The notes beneath the pieces were generated by a model. That model was not told where the DNA came from and searched no databases. It worked only from the letters and a program-made list of their open reading frames with translations. From contig NC_135901.1 in the NCBI RefSeq assembly GCF_964194155.1, forward strand, positions 2,852,001 through 2,916,000: a DNA stretch of 64,000 nt, read 5' to 3'. Position 1 is the stretch's first letter, and each line of letters begins with the position of its first letter. The position numbers and the translations under genes are program-made. This document shows, piece after piece, positions 1-12,849 of the stretch. This DNA is from Cetorhinus maximus (Eukaryota).

Positions 1-323
1 GCATTTCTTGCTCATCCCTAATTGCCCTTGTTCAAAGGACATTTAAAGGTGCAGATCTGGAGTTACATGTAGGCCAGTCCAGGTAAGGACAGTAGATTTC
101 CTTCCCTCAAGGACATAGTAAACCAAATGGCTTTTTATGACAATCGGCAATGGTTTTGTGGTCATCATTAGACCTTTAATTCAAGATTTTTTTTATTGAA
201 TTCAAATTCCACTATCTGCCACGATGAGATTCAAACCTGCACCCCCAGGGCATTACCGGGGGAAAACCCTGGGCCTCTGAATTAGTCGTCCAGCGGCAAT
301 ACCACGAGGCCATCACCTCCCCC
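1..323 (-). mobile_element. tRNA-derived shark SINE, sharing its 3' tail with a LINE
   Basis: The reverse strand has an A/B-box-like head and the body ggaatttgaattcaata...tccttgagggaaggaaat. Its tail gggcaattagggatg is also seen on LINE ends at 48.7 and 57.7 kb. Homologous copies lie at 27.4 and 42.9 kb. Confidence 0.7.
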
Positions 324-947
324 TAAATCTCTCCCTACCTCTCTTTCGCATTTCTCTTAATGTCTCTCCCTCGGGTATCTCTCTCTGTTTACCTCCATCT
401 CTCTCCTTCACTTCTAGCCTTTCCTCCCATTTTTCTCTCTATATCTCCATCTGCTTTTATCTCTCTGCCTCTCACTCAGCCTTTCTCCCTTTTTCTCCAT
501 CTGTGTTTCTGTCATTGTCTCTCCCTCATTTTCTTTCTCTCTGTCTCTCAATGTGCTCCTCTGCCTGTCAATTAACGGGCACGTTTTAAGAACAAGTATT
601 TCGCCGCCCAGCGGCGCTCTAGTCCATCGTAATTATTTGATTAATTGAAAATATCCAAGTGTTGCTTTTACATTCCATTCCCTGGGGAGTCTTCAGGATT
701 AGAAGCCTGTTGCTGTTGTAGAAGAAGAGGTTAGTCAATAGGGAGCAGCAACAATACAAGCCATGTACATTCCTCGCCACAACAACTGGCCTCAAAAACT
801 CTCCAATTTATATCAAGGCCTTCGTTTTCAAAACCAATTGGGTCTCGACTCATTTTCTGGGCTCGAATTACATTCAGCAGAAATCGCAGCATCAAACCAA
901 TTGATGTGCTCAGTCCTCATCAGACACAATAGATGTCCATCCTTGTA

Positions 948-1086
948 TAAAAGTAAAACACTGTGGATGCTGGAGATCTGAATTAAAAAACAGGAAGTGC
1001 TGGAAAGACACGGCAGGCCTGGCAGCATCTGTGGAGAGAGAAACAGTGTTAACGTTTCGAGTTCAATGTGACTCTTCTTTGGAACT
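948..1086 (-). mobile_element. Penelope-like pLTR-derived short element
   Basis: The motif gctggaa...ggcagcatctgtggagagagaaacagtgttaacgtttcgag also occurs at the end of the GIY-YIG element at 24.7 kb. Confidence 0.6.
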
Positions 1087-1350
1087 CCGAGTTGGCCCAC
1101 CAGCACTTCCTGAGGTTTGGGAGACAGTTTTATCTTTTAGTGAAAAGAGAAAATGGGAAAACTGGCTCCAGAGGGCTTGTCAGTGGAAAAAATACATCAG
1201 CGTCGGTTTGCTCCCTTGCCCTCGTTGACGATATGAAAGGTATTTACCATAAAAATATCTTTGATTGTAAATCCCAATGACCCCAAATTAAACCAATTCT
1301 GCAGTAATATTCCTGATCCAGCGAGTGCAGAAACCAGGAAAACTCAATGA

Positions 1351-1731
1351 ATGGAATTACAGCTTCTGGTTTTGATTTTAGGTGAGGACTTTGTGGAGAA
1401 TCGTGTTCGCCATTAGAACATGTTTCTTCTCTTTTGTATCAGCCAATATCGGTGGAAAGGCTGTGATCCACCAGTCACAGCGGATCTTTACACAAGAGGG
1501 ACAACGATTGAAATGCGGTAAAATGTAATCACCAGAGGCTCTGAGAGAATTCACTGGTACAGAATACGACAGAACCGTGGCCCGAAATTTATCATATCAG
1601 CTGTTAGCACATTCTTCAACCTATTAATTTACCCAACAAGAAGTTATAACATTCCGGGCAGGGCAGCACCGTGGGATCAAAAACTGGGGTGTGTTGGTCT
1701 GGGGTGTATTACTGTGCAGTTAGGCACTGAG
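1351..1731 (+). pseudogene. TCR alpha/delta-type V pseudogene
   Basis: Leader MELQLLVLIL 1351-1381 with GT donor and AG acceptor at 1442. The exon reads ..VIHQSQRIFTQEGQ.., then frameshift/stop, IHWYR..GPKFII, GVYYCAVR. Heptamer cactgag at 1725-1731, nonamer not recognisable. Confidence 0.75.
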
Positions 1732-2084
1732 AGATAAAACAACCATTCCGAGCTGACCACCTCCACAGCGGCCTCTGCTCTCCACAATGTGCTGACTCCT
1801 TTGTGCACTACAGGTGCACAGACGTTATCCATTCTGCAGGGATAGGGTCAATAGGGCCGACTGGAGCTTGTTACAATTTCACTGCTATCGTTTTCTATTC
1901 ATGTTGCTAACCATCAGCTCTTGATTGTTGGGTTGGAAATGTTAAACCAAATTAAATTCATCACCGAGATGTTGAGGCAGGTCTGAACTGGTAACAATGT
2001 TCTGGTTCAGTTGGAGGTCGAGATCAATGAACCGGTACAGCAGAGGTGGAGTCCATCAAGACACTGTCAATCAGGCCAATTAAA

Positions 2085-2265
2085 GTTTAAACTGTCTCTC
2101 TAATCAAATGAAGATCCAACTGATTCAACGGGAAATTAGAGATCAAACTATCTCTCAGATCAATTAGAGAGCAAACTGTCTCTAATGTCAATAAAATTTC
2201 AAACTGTCTCTCAGATCAATTAGATATCAAGCTGTCTCTCGGGTCAATGAGAGGTGAAACTGCCT
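2085..2265. repeat. Degenerate ~28-30 bp tandem repeat
   Basis: About 6 copies of aaactgtctctcagatcaattagag-like units. Confidence 0.7.
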
Positions 2266-5200
2266 ATATTTACTTTTGTGTCCCTCTGATCAGCAGAGAG
2301 CGGTGTTAATGTCTCATTTCTCTGCAATAAACACTCCTGGTCTGGTTATGGAAATGGCATCAGACACCGCGAACGTCAGACACTGCGGCCTATCACTGTG
2401 CACAAAATCTCACAATGACTGAAAGCCTCGTACAATAACGGCCTCAGGTTTCTGGGTCACAGCTGCTGTCTGCTGAGGGATGTGTATAACAGCGGGTGAG
2501 ACACTGACATATGAATTCATTCCTGTGCGCGCAAAACCTGACCACAATCTACACAAACACAATGTAAAATCGTTCACATGGAATACTGACTCCGTCTGAT
2601 TATTACATTCACTGCGTGAGGGAAGAATTGGCTTCTGTTTATTTGAGGATTTCTGGGAGCTCGCCACTACCATTGAGAATGCAAACACCTGCAGTTGCCC
2701 TGGAACTAGCTATATCCGTGTATCGCTGTTTTACAATGAACACATGGAAAACGTACAAATAATTTTAGGTTTGAAATATCGGTTTTTAGCAGACAGATGG
2801 ATCAGGAGGAAGACGATCCTAATAATTTTAATAGCCTGATTAAAGACTTCTAAATAGTAAAGACGCTTTAAACATATTAAAACTAATCCATAATATAAAC
2901 AGGTACAAAGAGATTATTTTCAGGACACGATTAGATGCTGATGAACAATGTTTATTGGAGTATTAATCTATAAAGCCGGGCGTGGTGTATTCTGGACACC
3001 GGAACAGATGGTCAGAAACCGACTGAATACAAAAGCCTGATTGTAAAAGTTTCCGAACGGCTGCGGAAATGAGTTACAAACCAGGGAAAGGACAGTGCAC
3101 TAAGACTAGATAAGACCACGCACACTCACACAAGAGTGTGGTAAATATCCCAGAGATGTTAATGGCACTAATTATTTGTAACGAGAGCAGAATGGCATGG
3201 TGCCATTTTCGCAAGACGTTCCTAAAACTTAATTTAAAAAAAACACATATAATCTCCACATGTGAAAGGTGCGAGTTTGAGGCAGTGAAGAAACATCAAG
3301 GATATTTTCAAGGATGTAAATCACGACCCAGGACAAAAAGTGATGTTCCGGGATCCTTACAGGTACAAAAGAAAGACTGAACTCTTCATTATAACTGATA
3401 GTTTTCACATCGGGTCGGTATTTTTTTTAGATCGACTTTGTTCTAAGCGGCAACCTGTGCAAACATTTCAAACTTTAATCATTGCCGTAGCTGGCAAGGT
3501 TCTTAGCAATCTGATTCGTTAACTGCGCTTTATATTGCACTAAATGCAATTATTTACTTATCACAATCTTCTGAATGTCTTGCAAATGAAATTTGTAAAC
3601 AATCCTTCTCGAAGCTGATGAAAATATTGGTTGGGTGAAATTATAATTTACTCCGCCAGATGGCAGCAAACCCCCCAGGAATCACCTGCAGCCTCTGTCT
3701 GGAAGTGCCGATCTCTGTCAACATTAGACAGGTCACACATAGAGTCAGCCAATAACTGACAAGCTAAATTTCCTGGAGATAACTGCATCCATCCTGGCCT
3801 TGGACTTGTATATCAGAAGCTCAGTGGTTCAATTTTTCTTGCGCTTCTAGAACCAAGTTGGAGTAAATTGGGCAGGTCATTTCTCTTTGTCACACCCGTT
3901 GATCCACAGGTTAAAAATATAGATTTCTCTCACCTCAATCGATTCGAATGCCTATTCTGTCAATAACTTCGCAATCAGGTTTGGAATGATCTCGTGAGAA
4001 GTTGAAATCCATTCACGACACAAAATCTACATTTTGCCGAGTGATATTTCACATTTGCGTATGTCTCGATTATCAAGGCAATTATCTCTCTTGGTATTGC
4101 ACGAGAGCCTGTCTCATACTGCACTCGATAATTTCCCTGTTTTATTGCATCAAGTCCTGCCTTTATTTATATTACACAAGACAATATATCGTGAATTACT
4201 ATGCAATGCCCAGTCTGTGTTAATATTGCTCTGGGCTCTGTATTTGCTGCCGCTACACTAGACCGTGCCGCTGTTTCATTGTTACTGCATTGGATAATTT
4301 ATTTGCTTATGTCACACTATGCACTGATTAATTTATCAATACAATAGGCCGTGACTCTGTTCATACTATGCGAGGACATGCTTCAGCTACTGCTGCACTA
4401 AATATTATGTTCTTTCCTGTTTAAGTCATGATAGACCCTGTCTTATTTAATTCTCTGACGAGGAGCGGTACGAGACGGCTCCCCATGACAGTTCCTTTGC
4501 CAGTCTCTCCTCGATGCAGCAAATTCTCTTTCAGAGCAGAAATGCAGATCCCCGCCCCGCTGCACTGCTGATCTAACCAATGACTGGAACGGACCAGCGG
4601 CAGCAATCTCTCCGATAACACAGTCTGGTTAGAGCGAGAGCGGGAAGCGGAAGCAATGGCCGGGGAGAGTGCAGACTCAAAACTGGCAGGAGTATGCGGT
4701 GACTCTCAGCTGCTTCCGCGAGTGTTGGAGCGGAAATAGCGACGGTTGGACCTCAGGAAATCTATATTCATCCTGCTCATGCTCACTTTTCAAGGAACTG
4801 CGAACAAATAGTGCGGGAGGGGGATGAAGGCACCAGAAGAATTGAAAGCCATGGGATGGAGTGAGGATTCGGCTTACCGTACCTGAGCCTATTCGAAAGA
4901 GTTATGGCAATCATCTTACCCCTCTCTCATTTTTGCTCCCTCCCCCACCCCACCACCCCGCCCCACAACTCCAAGTTTGTAATTCCTTGAAGAAATTTAC
5001 CAATGAATCTCCTTCCCCCTATAGTTTAGCACCGTATTCTTGATAGTAAATTATCACAATGTAACAAATAAAATTTATCTTTCCCCATCCATTTTCTTCT
5101 ACGAAATCGGGACGATTTCGCTATTGAATCTTCTGCTAATGGAAACGATCACGTGCGGCCGGCTGTATCAAAACGACATACGTTTGAACACGTCAATTAA

Positions 5201-5554
5201 TTCGGCCTTGCACCCTGCTTGGTGTAGGGGCAGAATAGCAGTTTCCCTAGTCTGTTCACATTAATGCCCAACATCTCTGGCACCAGTTTGATGTGTAACC
5301 TCCATAGGTTCTCCTAAATCTTCACATTCTTTCAGATTTGTCCCGCCCAGGATTTGATAGGAGACTGCAGTGAGGGTTCTACGCAGTTTACGTCGCATTC
5401 TCACATAAATATGAAGAATTAAAGAAAGACTATGATCAAGCAGCTCAAGTTTAAATTTCACAGAAACATTGCGTGAAATAAATGTCGTGATCTGGATTTC
5501 AATTAACCCTGAACACACTGAATTGTCGCTTTCTCAAACGAACTGAAAAGAATC

Positions 5555-5650
5555 CGCCAGCGGAGGGCGCCAAGCCCACTCATGGTCATGTCAAGGTCAC
5601 GTGATGCGCAGCGTCAAAGCCAATAGGAGTGGTAGCCAGAGTGAGGTCAC
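5555..5650 (+). promoter_or_regulatory. V-gene promoter: CTCF-like site, E-box, CCAAT, CRE/decamer-like AGTGAGGTCA
   Basis: ccagcggagggcgcc, cacgtg, gccaata and agtgaggtca lie upstream of ATG 5776. The same order is conserved upstream of the paralog at 9381-9475. Confidence 0.55.
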
Positions 5651-5775
5651 AATGGGCCTGGCCCCCTGCAGTGTGTGGGTGGAACAATGAGCTGAACAGA
5701 GCCCGGGTTCCGTCTCTCCTGCTCAATCTCTGACCCATTCTATCACCATTTACTGAGAGAGAGATTCAGTCAGAC

Positions 5776-6303
5776 ATGTTTCTGATAATACTGGCTGCGC
5801 TGTTCGACAGTAAGTGCTGAATTAATTTAATCAAGGCGGATTAGCAGATTAATGCAAATGTTCCTAATAACGTTTAATATAATTATCCATCATAAATTGC
5901 CATATTATTGACAGCTGTTATACGGAAGCTTCGACACGCTCACACAGAAACACATAAGGTTAGGCCACCTCTTCTTAACCTTTTGACACTTTGTTCCTCT
6001 CCCCTCACAGGTGGACTATGTGAGGACCCAGTAACTCAGGCCCCGGTGGCAATAACGATGTTAGAAGGTAGTTCGGTGCAGTTACACTGTGCATATACAG
6101 ATCGGAATATGGGCTACATGCAATGGTATCGGCAGCAGACGGCACAGCCACCAAGTTGGATTATTACCAATGCCTTAGCACTGAAGAAGAATAAAATCTC
6201 AGGACGATACCTGGCGGCTGCTGACCAGTCTGAAAAGAACGGTTACCTCAATATCAGCGAACTGAGTGTGGAGGACGGGGCGGTGTATTACTGTGCAGTG
6301 AGG
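5776..6303 (+). CDS. TRAV: TCR alpha/delta V gene segment, intact (leader 5776-5809, V exon 6011-6303)
   Basis: MFLIILAALFD|SGLCEDPVTQ..VQLHC..MQWYRQQ..SGRY..EDGAVYYCAVR. Phase-1 GT-AG intron, open frame, followed by a 23-RSS. Confidence 0.9.
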
Positions 6304-6342
6304 CACAGCGTCAGATCACAGCGAGAACCCCGTACAAAAACC
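6304..6342 (+). other. 23-bp-spacer recombination signal sequence
   Basis: cacagcg + 23 nt + acaaaaacc. Confidence 0.95.
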
Positions 6343-7394
6343 TCAGCGAGCATTTGCAGCTCCGATCAGCTTTCTTTTGTGCCTTGTCGGCGGGAAGTAT
6401 TTGATCCGAGTTCACAGCAGGCAAAAGCTGGTCTGTTTTTCGCACTGTTATATTACTGTCGTTGCCCCTGTCAAATCAACAGACGGGCAGCTTGGAAAAT
6501 CTTGGGGCTTATCACCATTCCGCCTTTTTTATGCTCAATATAAACCCGGAGTATTGATGTGCCCGCAGAGGTGATTAAAGCTCACAGATTCTAGTTGCTG
6601 TGGCTGAAAATTACCCGGAAAGAGATCCACATTGAGAATTCAAATTAGTTCTGACAAAGCGGTAAAGAAGAACAGCACAAGTGATTCAACCACCAGAGCG
6701 AGAGTCACCTGGCCCTTGTTAACGAGACAACAGAACAAAGCGCTCAACATAACTCACACCAGATGCATCAGCACAAATATATTACTTGACATTTTCAACT
6801 TCCGTTTCCAGTACAAATCAACTTCGCAAATTCATCAGTGGCGCCTGAGCTCATCTATTCTCCATCGATTCCCTTTGCATGCTTGATGGTCTCATCTTTT
6901 CCCTGGGCCCCACACTTTATCTACAATCCTATACATTCCCTCATTCTAGTCCTTGAAGTAACGATGCAAACCCTTTCTTTCTGAGCTGAATATCAGACAA
7001 GTGCTGTAAAAACAGAGCTTCTTTAAAGAGGAACTGCAGACAGAGGATTGAACACAGAGACAATTTCTCACACCCTGCCCACCACATCTGGTCATTCCTC
7101 AGAACAGGCAGCAGGGGGCAGCGGATATGAATGTTTCTTCTTTGGATCAGACCCTGGACGATAAGTAAAACGTTATTTCTCTGACAATTGTCTCTAAATT
7201 GAATTATCTCCGAATTATCTCAAATACATCGGACAACAATCATTACATGTACGGCTTTATTATATCTAACGCATTCCGTCCAATATTAGGCAATGGCAGC
7301 TGAGCATGAGGCAGCTGAACACTGGGTGTGGAAGATAGATAAAACAGTAAATGGTGTAAACAGAAGACACACACTGATGTCTGACATCACAGAA

Positions 7395-7625
7395 ATAAAG
7401 AATCACAGAATTATTACGGTGTAGAAAGATGCCATTTAGCCCATCGTGTCTTCACCGGTTCACTGAGCATTTTAACTTACTGCCAATCTCCTGCCTTTCC
7501 ATCATAACCCTGCACATTGTTTCTATTTAAATAATCATCCAATGCCCTCTTGAATGATTCGATTGAAGCTGCCTCCACCAAACTTCCAGGCAGTGAATTA
7601 CAAACCATAACTACTCGCTGTCTGA
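7395..7625 (-). mobile_element. CR1 LINE 3' fragment
   Basis: Resembles the CR1 3' ends at 28.1-29.1 kb. Confidence 0.5.
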
Positions 7626-8392
7626 ATATTTTTATTGCAAATCGCATCAACTGTGTCTTTGCTGAAGGTCAAAGTTAAAATGGAAAGTGATAAATTGACA
7701 CCGCCCTGCATTTGGTTTCTTTCCCTGAATCAAATCCTTGACTAATTTATGTTAAAGCTGCGAGGGAAGACCTTCATGCTCAGTTTTCACTCTCTTCCAG
7801 TTATCTAGACCCCACCCTATCCCTCGCCCTAGGTGGGTTTGAACCAGCTCCACGGGCAATGCTCCCAGGAGCTCTACACAGATGTATGATAAATCACCAA
7901 AAAGCGCCAATGCGTTTCTCCTTCAATTCAGTCCCATGCAGATTCAGGAAACTTACAGTTATGGGAGTTTGAACGTACAATTCCAGCGCGAGAGCTCACA
8001 AGATAGGATTTTAACAACGGGCTGCATTCATTCCTTAAGACAATCTTTCTACAGAATTTCAAATGGTTACAAAGACCCAGAGCCCAAGCTTGTCCCTTTA
8101 GAGAGTCAGTGCCGCAAAGTTATTGCGTTCCACTCACATCTCGCCACAAGGAAGGAAGGAAATTCCTGGCGTTTCGACAATTGACACGTTCTGATGGGAA
8201 CCGATGGAGAAACGACATCCTTACGCCACGAGAACAAAGTCTATTTCTAACCAATCCAAGAGCAGCAAAACCACGTGAATGGAACATTATCCCTGCCTGT
8301 CACATTAACCGACTATTGACTTCGCTCAGACGAACCGTGCTCTGCAGATGTGAGCTGTGCTTCCTTTTCTTACTGATACTTTAATTGCAGGA

Positions 8393-8826
8393 ATGCTTTA
8401 CGCGACACAACTGAATCTACTCCCTGTCATTCTAGTGCTACTAACTTGTAAGTATTGGCGATTTATTCAGTAACCTGTAGCGAGTGTCTATTTATACTCA
8501 CGCAGCTTCAATGTCTCATTGTCTAAATTTTTACAGGTCGATGTCGCCCGGAACAAGTGTCCCAGTTTCCCACTGCGAGAACAGTCCAGGGCGGGGATGT
8601 CGTGCAGATAAACTGCAGCTATGACATGTCGAGCATTTACGGAATGTATTGGTACAAACAGCAGCCCGGTCAGGGGCTGGAGTGGATAATGAAGAGAATA
8701 ACGGCTGGCAAAGATAGAAAGGGCCGATTCGAATTGGAACTTTCCACTGAGGACAAACGGGGCCAATTGGTTATTGAGAAGACGGAGAGCGCGGATACCG
8801 CTGTGTATTACTGTGCGATAGAGCAC
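8393..8826 (+). CDS. TRAV: TCR alpha/delta V gene segment, intact (leader 8393-8447, V exon 8537-8826)
   Basis: MLYATQLNLLPVILVLLT|CRCRPEQVSQ..VQINCSYDMSSIYGMYWYKQQPGQGLEWI..GRF..DTAVYYCAIEH. Phase-1 intron, open frame. Confidence 0.88.
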
Positions 8827-8865
8827 CACACTGAGAGGAAAGGCGGCAGTCACTGTACAAAAACC
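8827..8865 (+). other. 23-bp-spacer RSS
   Basis: cacactg + 23 nt + acaaaaacc. Confidence 0.92.
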
Positions 8866-9595
8866 TCCCTCCTGTTTACAGTCCCGGAACAGCTGCAACG
8901 ATCTCTCCAATAACACAGGGCAGGCCAGACGGTTCAGAACGAGAGCAGCAAACGGAGGCTGCCGCTAGCTTTATCAAACCCTTCAAATAGCGGCTTTGAT
9001 CAGAGATTGTGACAGTCACAGCATAAAATATCTGATAGGAGAAATAGTCATTCATTGAGAGCAGTCTTCGTTGTGAAAACATCTTCAGCATTGATTAATT
9101 GTAGGATTATAATCAGTTGAGTCGATTCAGACATTTTACTGAACATGTCTACATGTGAATCTGCTGTGTGACGGCTGACCGAAGGTTTTGGACAGAGAAC
9201 TTCAGCGATGATTCCTACAGATTTAACATCACGCTCCGACATAAACATCAGCAGCAACGATGATTGTTTCTAATCAGCTCCAATTTTGGCTTCTAGGGAA
9301 CATTGGTGTCTTGATGTGCATTTCAATAAACCCTGAATCCAATCAACGGCCGCATCCGAACACGGATTGAACCGTAATCACCAGCGACGGGCGCCAAGTT
9401 CAAGCATGGGAGTCACTGCGTCACGTGGTGGAAAGGCCAAAGCCAATAGGGATGGTTTCCTGAGTGAGGTCACAATGGACTTGGCCCCTGCAGTGTGTGG
9501 GTGGAGCAATGAGCTGAACAGAGCCCGGGTACCCTCTCTCCTTCTCAATCTCTGGCTCATTCCTTTCACATTCTCTGAGAGAGATTCACTCAGAC

Positions 9596-10126
9596 ATGTT
9601 TCTGATAATAGTGGCGGCGCTGTTGGACAGTAAACACTGGATTAAATTCATCAAGGCAGATTAGATTAATCTGCGGTTAAGAGGTTGCGACAATATTTAA
9701 AACAATTAACGATCAGAAATATCCATATGATGGACAGCTAGGTAGATAGGAGGTTCCACAAACTCACACAGCTACAAACAAATTTTGATCAACACTGCTT
9801 AACCGCTTGATATTTCAATTCTCTTCCTCACAGGCAGGCTATGCGCAGATCCAGTAACTCAGTTCCCGGTGGCAATAATGGTGGCAGAAGGGGGTTTGGT
9901 GCATTTAGACTGTGAGTATACAGATCGGAATATGTACTGCATGCAATGGTACCGGCAGCAAACTGCACAGCCACCAAGATGGATTATTACCAATACCGTA
10001 GTACTGAAGGAAGATGAAATTTCAGGACGATATCTGGCGACTGCTGACCAGTCTCAAAAGAACGGTTGCCTCAATATAGGTGAACTGAGTGTGGAGGACG
10101 GGCCGGTGTATTACTGTGCAATGAGG
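9596..10126 (+). CDS. TRAV: TCR alpha/delta V gene segment, open frame (leader 9596-9629, V exon 9834-10126); paralog of the V at 5776
   Basis: MFLIIVAALLD|SRLCADPVTQ..LDCEYTDRNMYCMQWYRQQ..NGCLNI..EDGPVYYCAMR. Flanks at about 9290-10410 are similar to about 5480-6620. Confidence 0.87.
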
Positions 10127-10165
10127 CACAGCGTTAGATCGCAGCTAGAATCCAGTACAAAAACC
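10127..10165 (+). other. 23-bp-spacer RSS
   Basis: cacagcg + 23 nt + acaaaaacc. Confidence 0.95.
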
Positions 10166-10554
10166 TCAGCGGTTTTTGCTCCCGGGTTCCAGGGAAGGAA
10201 AACAGACAGGTCTACGCACCGCAGTTTTATTGCCCTGTTTGTCCTTGAACAAATCCACAGAGAAGCAGTTTTGGGAAATATGTAAACTTAACTCCATGCC
10301 GCCATTTATAGGGTTAATAGCTCCGAGCTTATCCGGAATATCGATTTGCCAACAGAGGTAATGAAATCTCTCAGAACTGCAGTTCCTCTAGCTGATAATT
10401 ATGGGCTGTTCTTACAGAACCGTTCACTCAGGTGGACCAAGGGTGGATAGGCGGATGAGTGGATTGATGAGTTTATTCTACCTATTTCCACAATCACTTT
10501 ATTTAATTTCCCTTGTATATATCATTATGTTAATTTTCTTCTTATTTTGAAAGC

Positions 10555-10872
10555 TACTCGCTCCCACTGAGAAAAAAAATCAGATATTGGTTTATCGGGA
10601 ACGCAAGGGAAATAATTTTGCTTCACCATAACTCTACTTTCGCTGTAAATGAACTTATATTCTTGTACCGGCAATTCTGCAATCGAGCTCCGCAGCATCC
10701 CGGCTCCATATTCAGTGACGAAAGAGTTAAGGGAAGATTTAAAGTATCTGTGGACGGTGAGAAAGGCTCTGCCACTCTCACCGTTCACTCAGTTAAGTTC
10801 TCAGATGCTGCGGTTTAGTACAGTGCGGTGAAACACGGGAAGGCAAGGAGGCGAGGAGACTGTGCTAGAACT
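10555..10872 (+). pseudogene. TCR V pseudogene
   Basis: ..FLYRQFCNRAPQH..VKGRFKVSVDGEKGSATLTVHSVKFSDAAV*YSAVK has lost the core Cys/Trp residues and carries a stop in YYC. Degenerate RSS: cacggga 10834-10840 + 23 nt + gctagaact. Confidence 0.75.
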
Positions 10873-11059
10873 CACTTGACTTGGGGACTCGGGAGACAAT
10901 CAGAGCATGTGTTTTAGAAGCAAGAACAGTGATACAAGTCACTCCTGCAAAAACAGCAGTTCATCATCCAAGTAATTTAATGGAATGAAATTATTTTTAT
11001 TATTTATAATAACATGTAAGTATAACATACAGATTAACCCTCTGTACAAATAAAAATCA

Positions 11060-11395
11060 AACGTGGAAAGGATCTTCCCTCTTGTGGGAGATTCTAGAAC
11101 TTGAGGTCACTGTTTAAAAATAAAGGGTCTGGCATTTAATACAGAGATGGGAATTCATTTTTCACTCAGAAAGTAGTGAGTCTTTGGAACTCCCTTCCAC
11201 AAAGGGCAGGGGAAACAGAGTCTTTGAATGTTTTCAAGGCAGAGGTAGATCTATTTTTGATAAACAAGGGAGTGAAAGGTAACCTGGAGTAGGTGGGAGG
11301 TTACAATCAGATCAGCCATGATCTTATTGAATGGCGGAGCAAGCTCGAAGGGCCGACAGGCCTACTTCTGCTCCCATTTCCTATGTTCGCACATA
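11060..11395 (+). mobile_element. CR1 LINE 3' fragment
   Basis: End of ORF2 (..SRT*GHCLKIKG..) and the 3'UTR gatcagccatgatcttattgaatggcggagc. Confidence 0.75.
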
Positions 11396-12005
11396 CTTGG
11401 CATCCTGAAATTTAGTTGACATACTTCTTTGATGGTTAGGGTGCTCGCAAGCCTTACATTCTTCCGAAATGAACAATCATAACCTCATCGGTTGCGGGTT
11501 TAAGAATTTATGAACAAGAAATTCATCTATTTCTGCAAATGAACACGTACTGTCTGAGTGACGTAGGCGCGTCAGAAAACAGAGGCAAATAATCTAGGGC
11601 TAAATATTAAATAGTAAAAGTAGCAGAAGCAAAAGAATGGAAAGAGAAAAGTTACAGTGATAATAAAACCAAAGCCATAAAATCCATAATAATGTGGCAG
11701 TATAAGATGCCGCAATATCATGAAGCAATTTTCGAGATTAAATTGAGAGTCGTTGTTTTACAGACAAGATTCCACTAGATGGAGCTCCAGGACCTTAACT
11801 TTGGAGAAAACGCACCAAATCGTCAGTTCACCGCTCTGACAGGTGACAGCTGGGGATTACAGGAAATATGTTGGCGCCGTGACACGTCACTATAAACAAT
11901 TGTGTATATAGGTCAAGAATTAATAGATTAACTATACAAGAGACTTAGAAATGGAGCCCTATAAATCATTGTATTTCATTGCCCGAAGTAAAAGGTTATC
12001 ACAAT

Positions 12006-12097
12006 GAGAGAGAGAGAGCGCGAGACAGAGAGACAGAGATCGAGACCGAGATAGATACAGAGAGAGAGAGAGACAGAGATAGGGAGAGAAACAGAGA

Positions 12098-12129
<32 letters not shown>

Positions 12130-12140
12130 CAGAGAGAGAT
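12006..12140. repeat. (AG)n/(AGAC)n microsatellite
   Basis: Direct reading. Confidence 0.9.
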
Positions 12141-12849
12141 GAGTCCATCTTTTCCTGACCGAATATTTTGGTTACTATTGGCCACAACTTCAAAGTATCC
12201 AGAAAATACCTGGACACTCAAATCTCTTCCCTCCACTACAAGGGCCAGAGTGACAATCGTTTCAGGCAGAGAATTAAACATTCCCACTGCCCTCTGTGTA
12301 AATCATATTTCTAACATCACAACAGCGACTACACTGGAAATAAACTTCCTTAGGATGGAAAGTGCTGACTGACATCCTGAGTCTGTAAAAGGCGATTTCT
12401 CTTTCCGAGGGTGATTTAATTCCGGGGTAAAATTTAATGGCCCCCTGTTTCCAGGGGGACCGGTACGGTTTTTTTTTTAAATTTCCTTCTCTTTATTTGA
12501 ATTCTTTTTCCTGGCTTGTGTTGTTAAGGGGTCACCACGCCCTGGGATTGCCAGGATTCTGTCTCCAGTCTGTTCACAGATTCTGTCCTCTCAACGGGAC
12601 ACCCGTAATCTATCGGAAACAACAATCCGAGAATTTACTGAGGAGCCCCTGACGGAAACTGGATTCCTGTTCAGGGAGGGCCAGTGATCGAGGCGTCGAG
12701 AGGCCACTGCGCCCCGTATGAAAGATTTGTACTTATTTACCTGAACGTGTATATGTAAACTATGTATTCATTTTCAGAAAGGTGCACATGCAGAACAACA
12801 TAAAGGCAATTCTGCAAACACTGCTCCTCAGCCGAGGCTCAGTTATTCT

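Noticed and set aside
4452-4490. ctgacga followed by a ggagc/gctcc stem resembling a hammerhead half
   Set aside because: No GAAA or cleavage triplet follows the stem.
5852-5859. Octamer ATGCAAAT in a TCR V leader intron (ATTTGCAT also occurs near 34.3 and 34.9 kb)
   Set aside because: It is not conserved in the paralogous intron at 9.6-9.8 kb and is expected by chance in AT-rich DNA.
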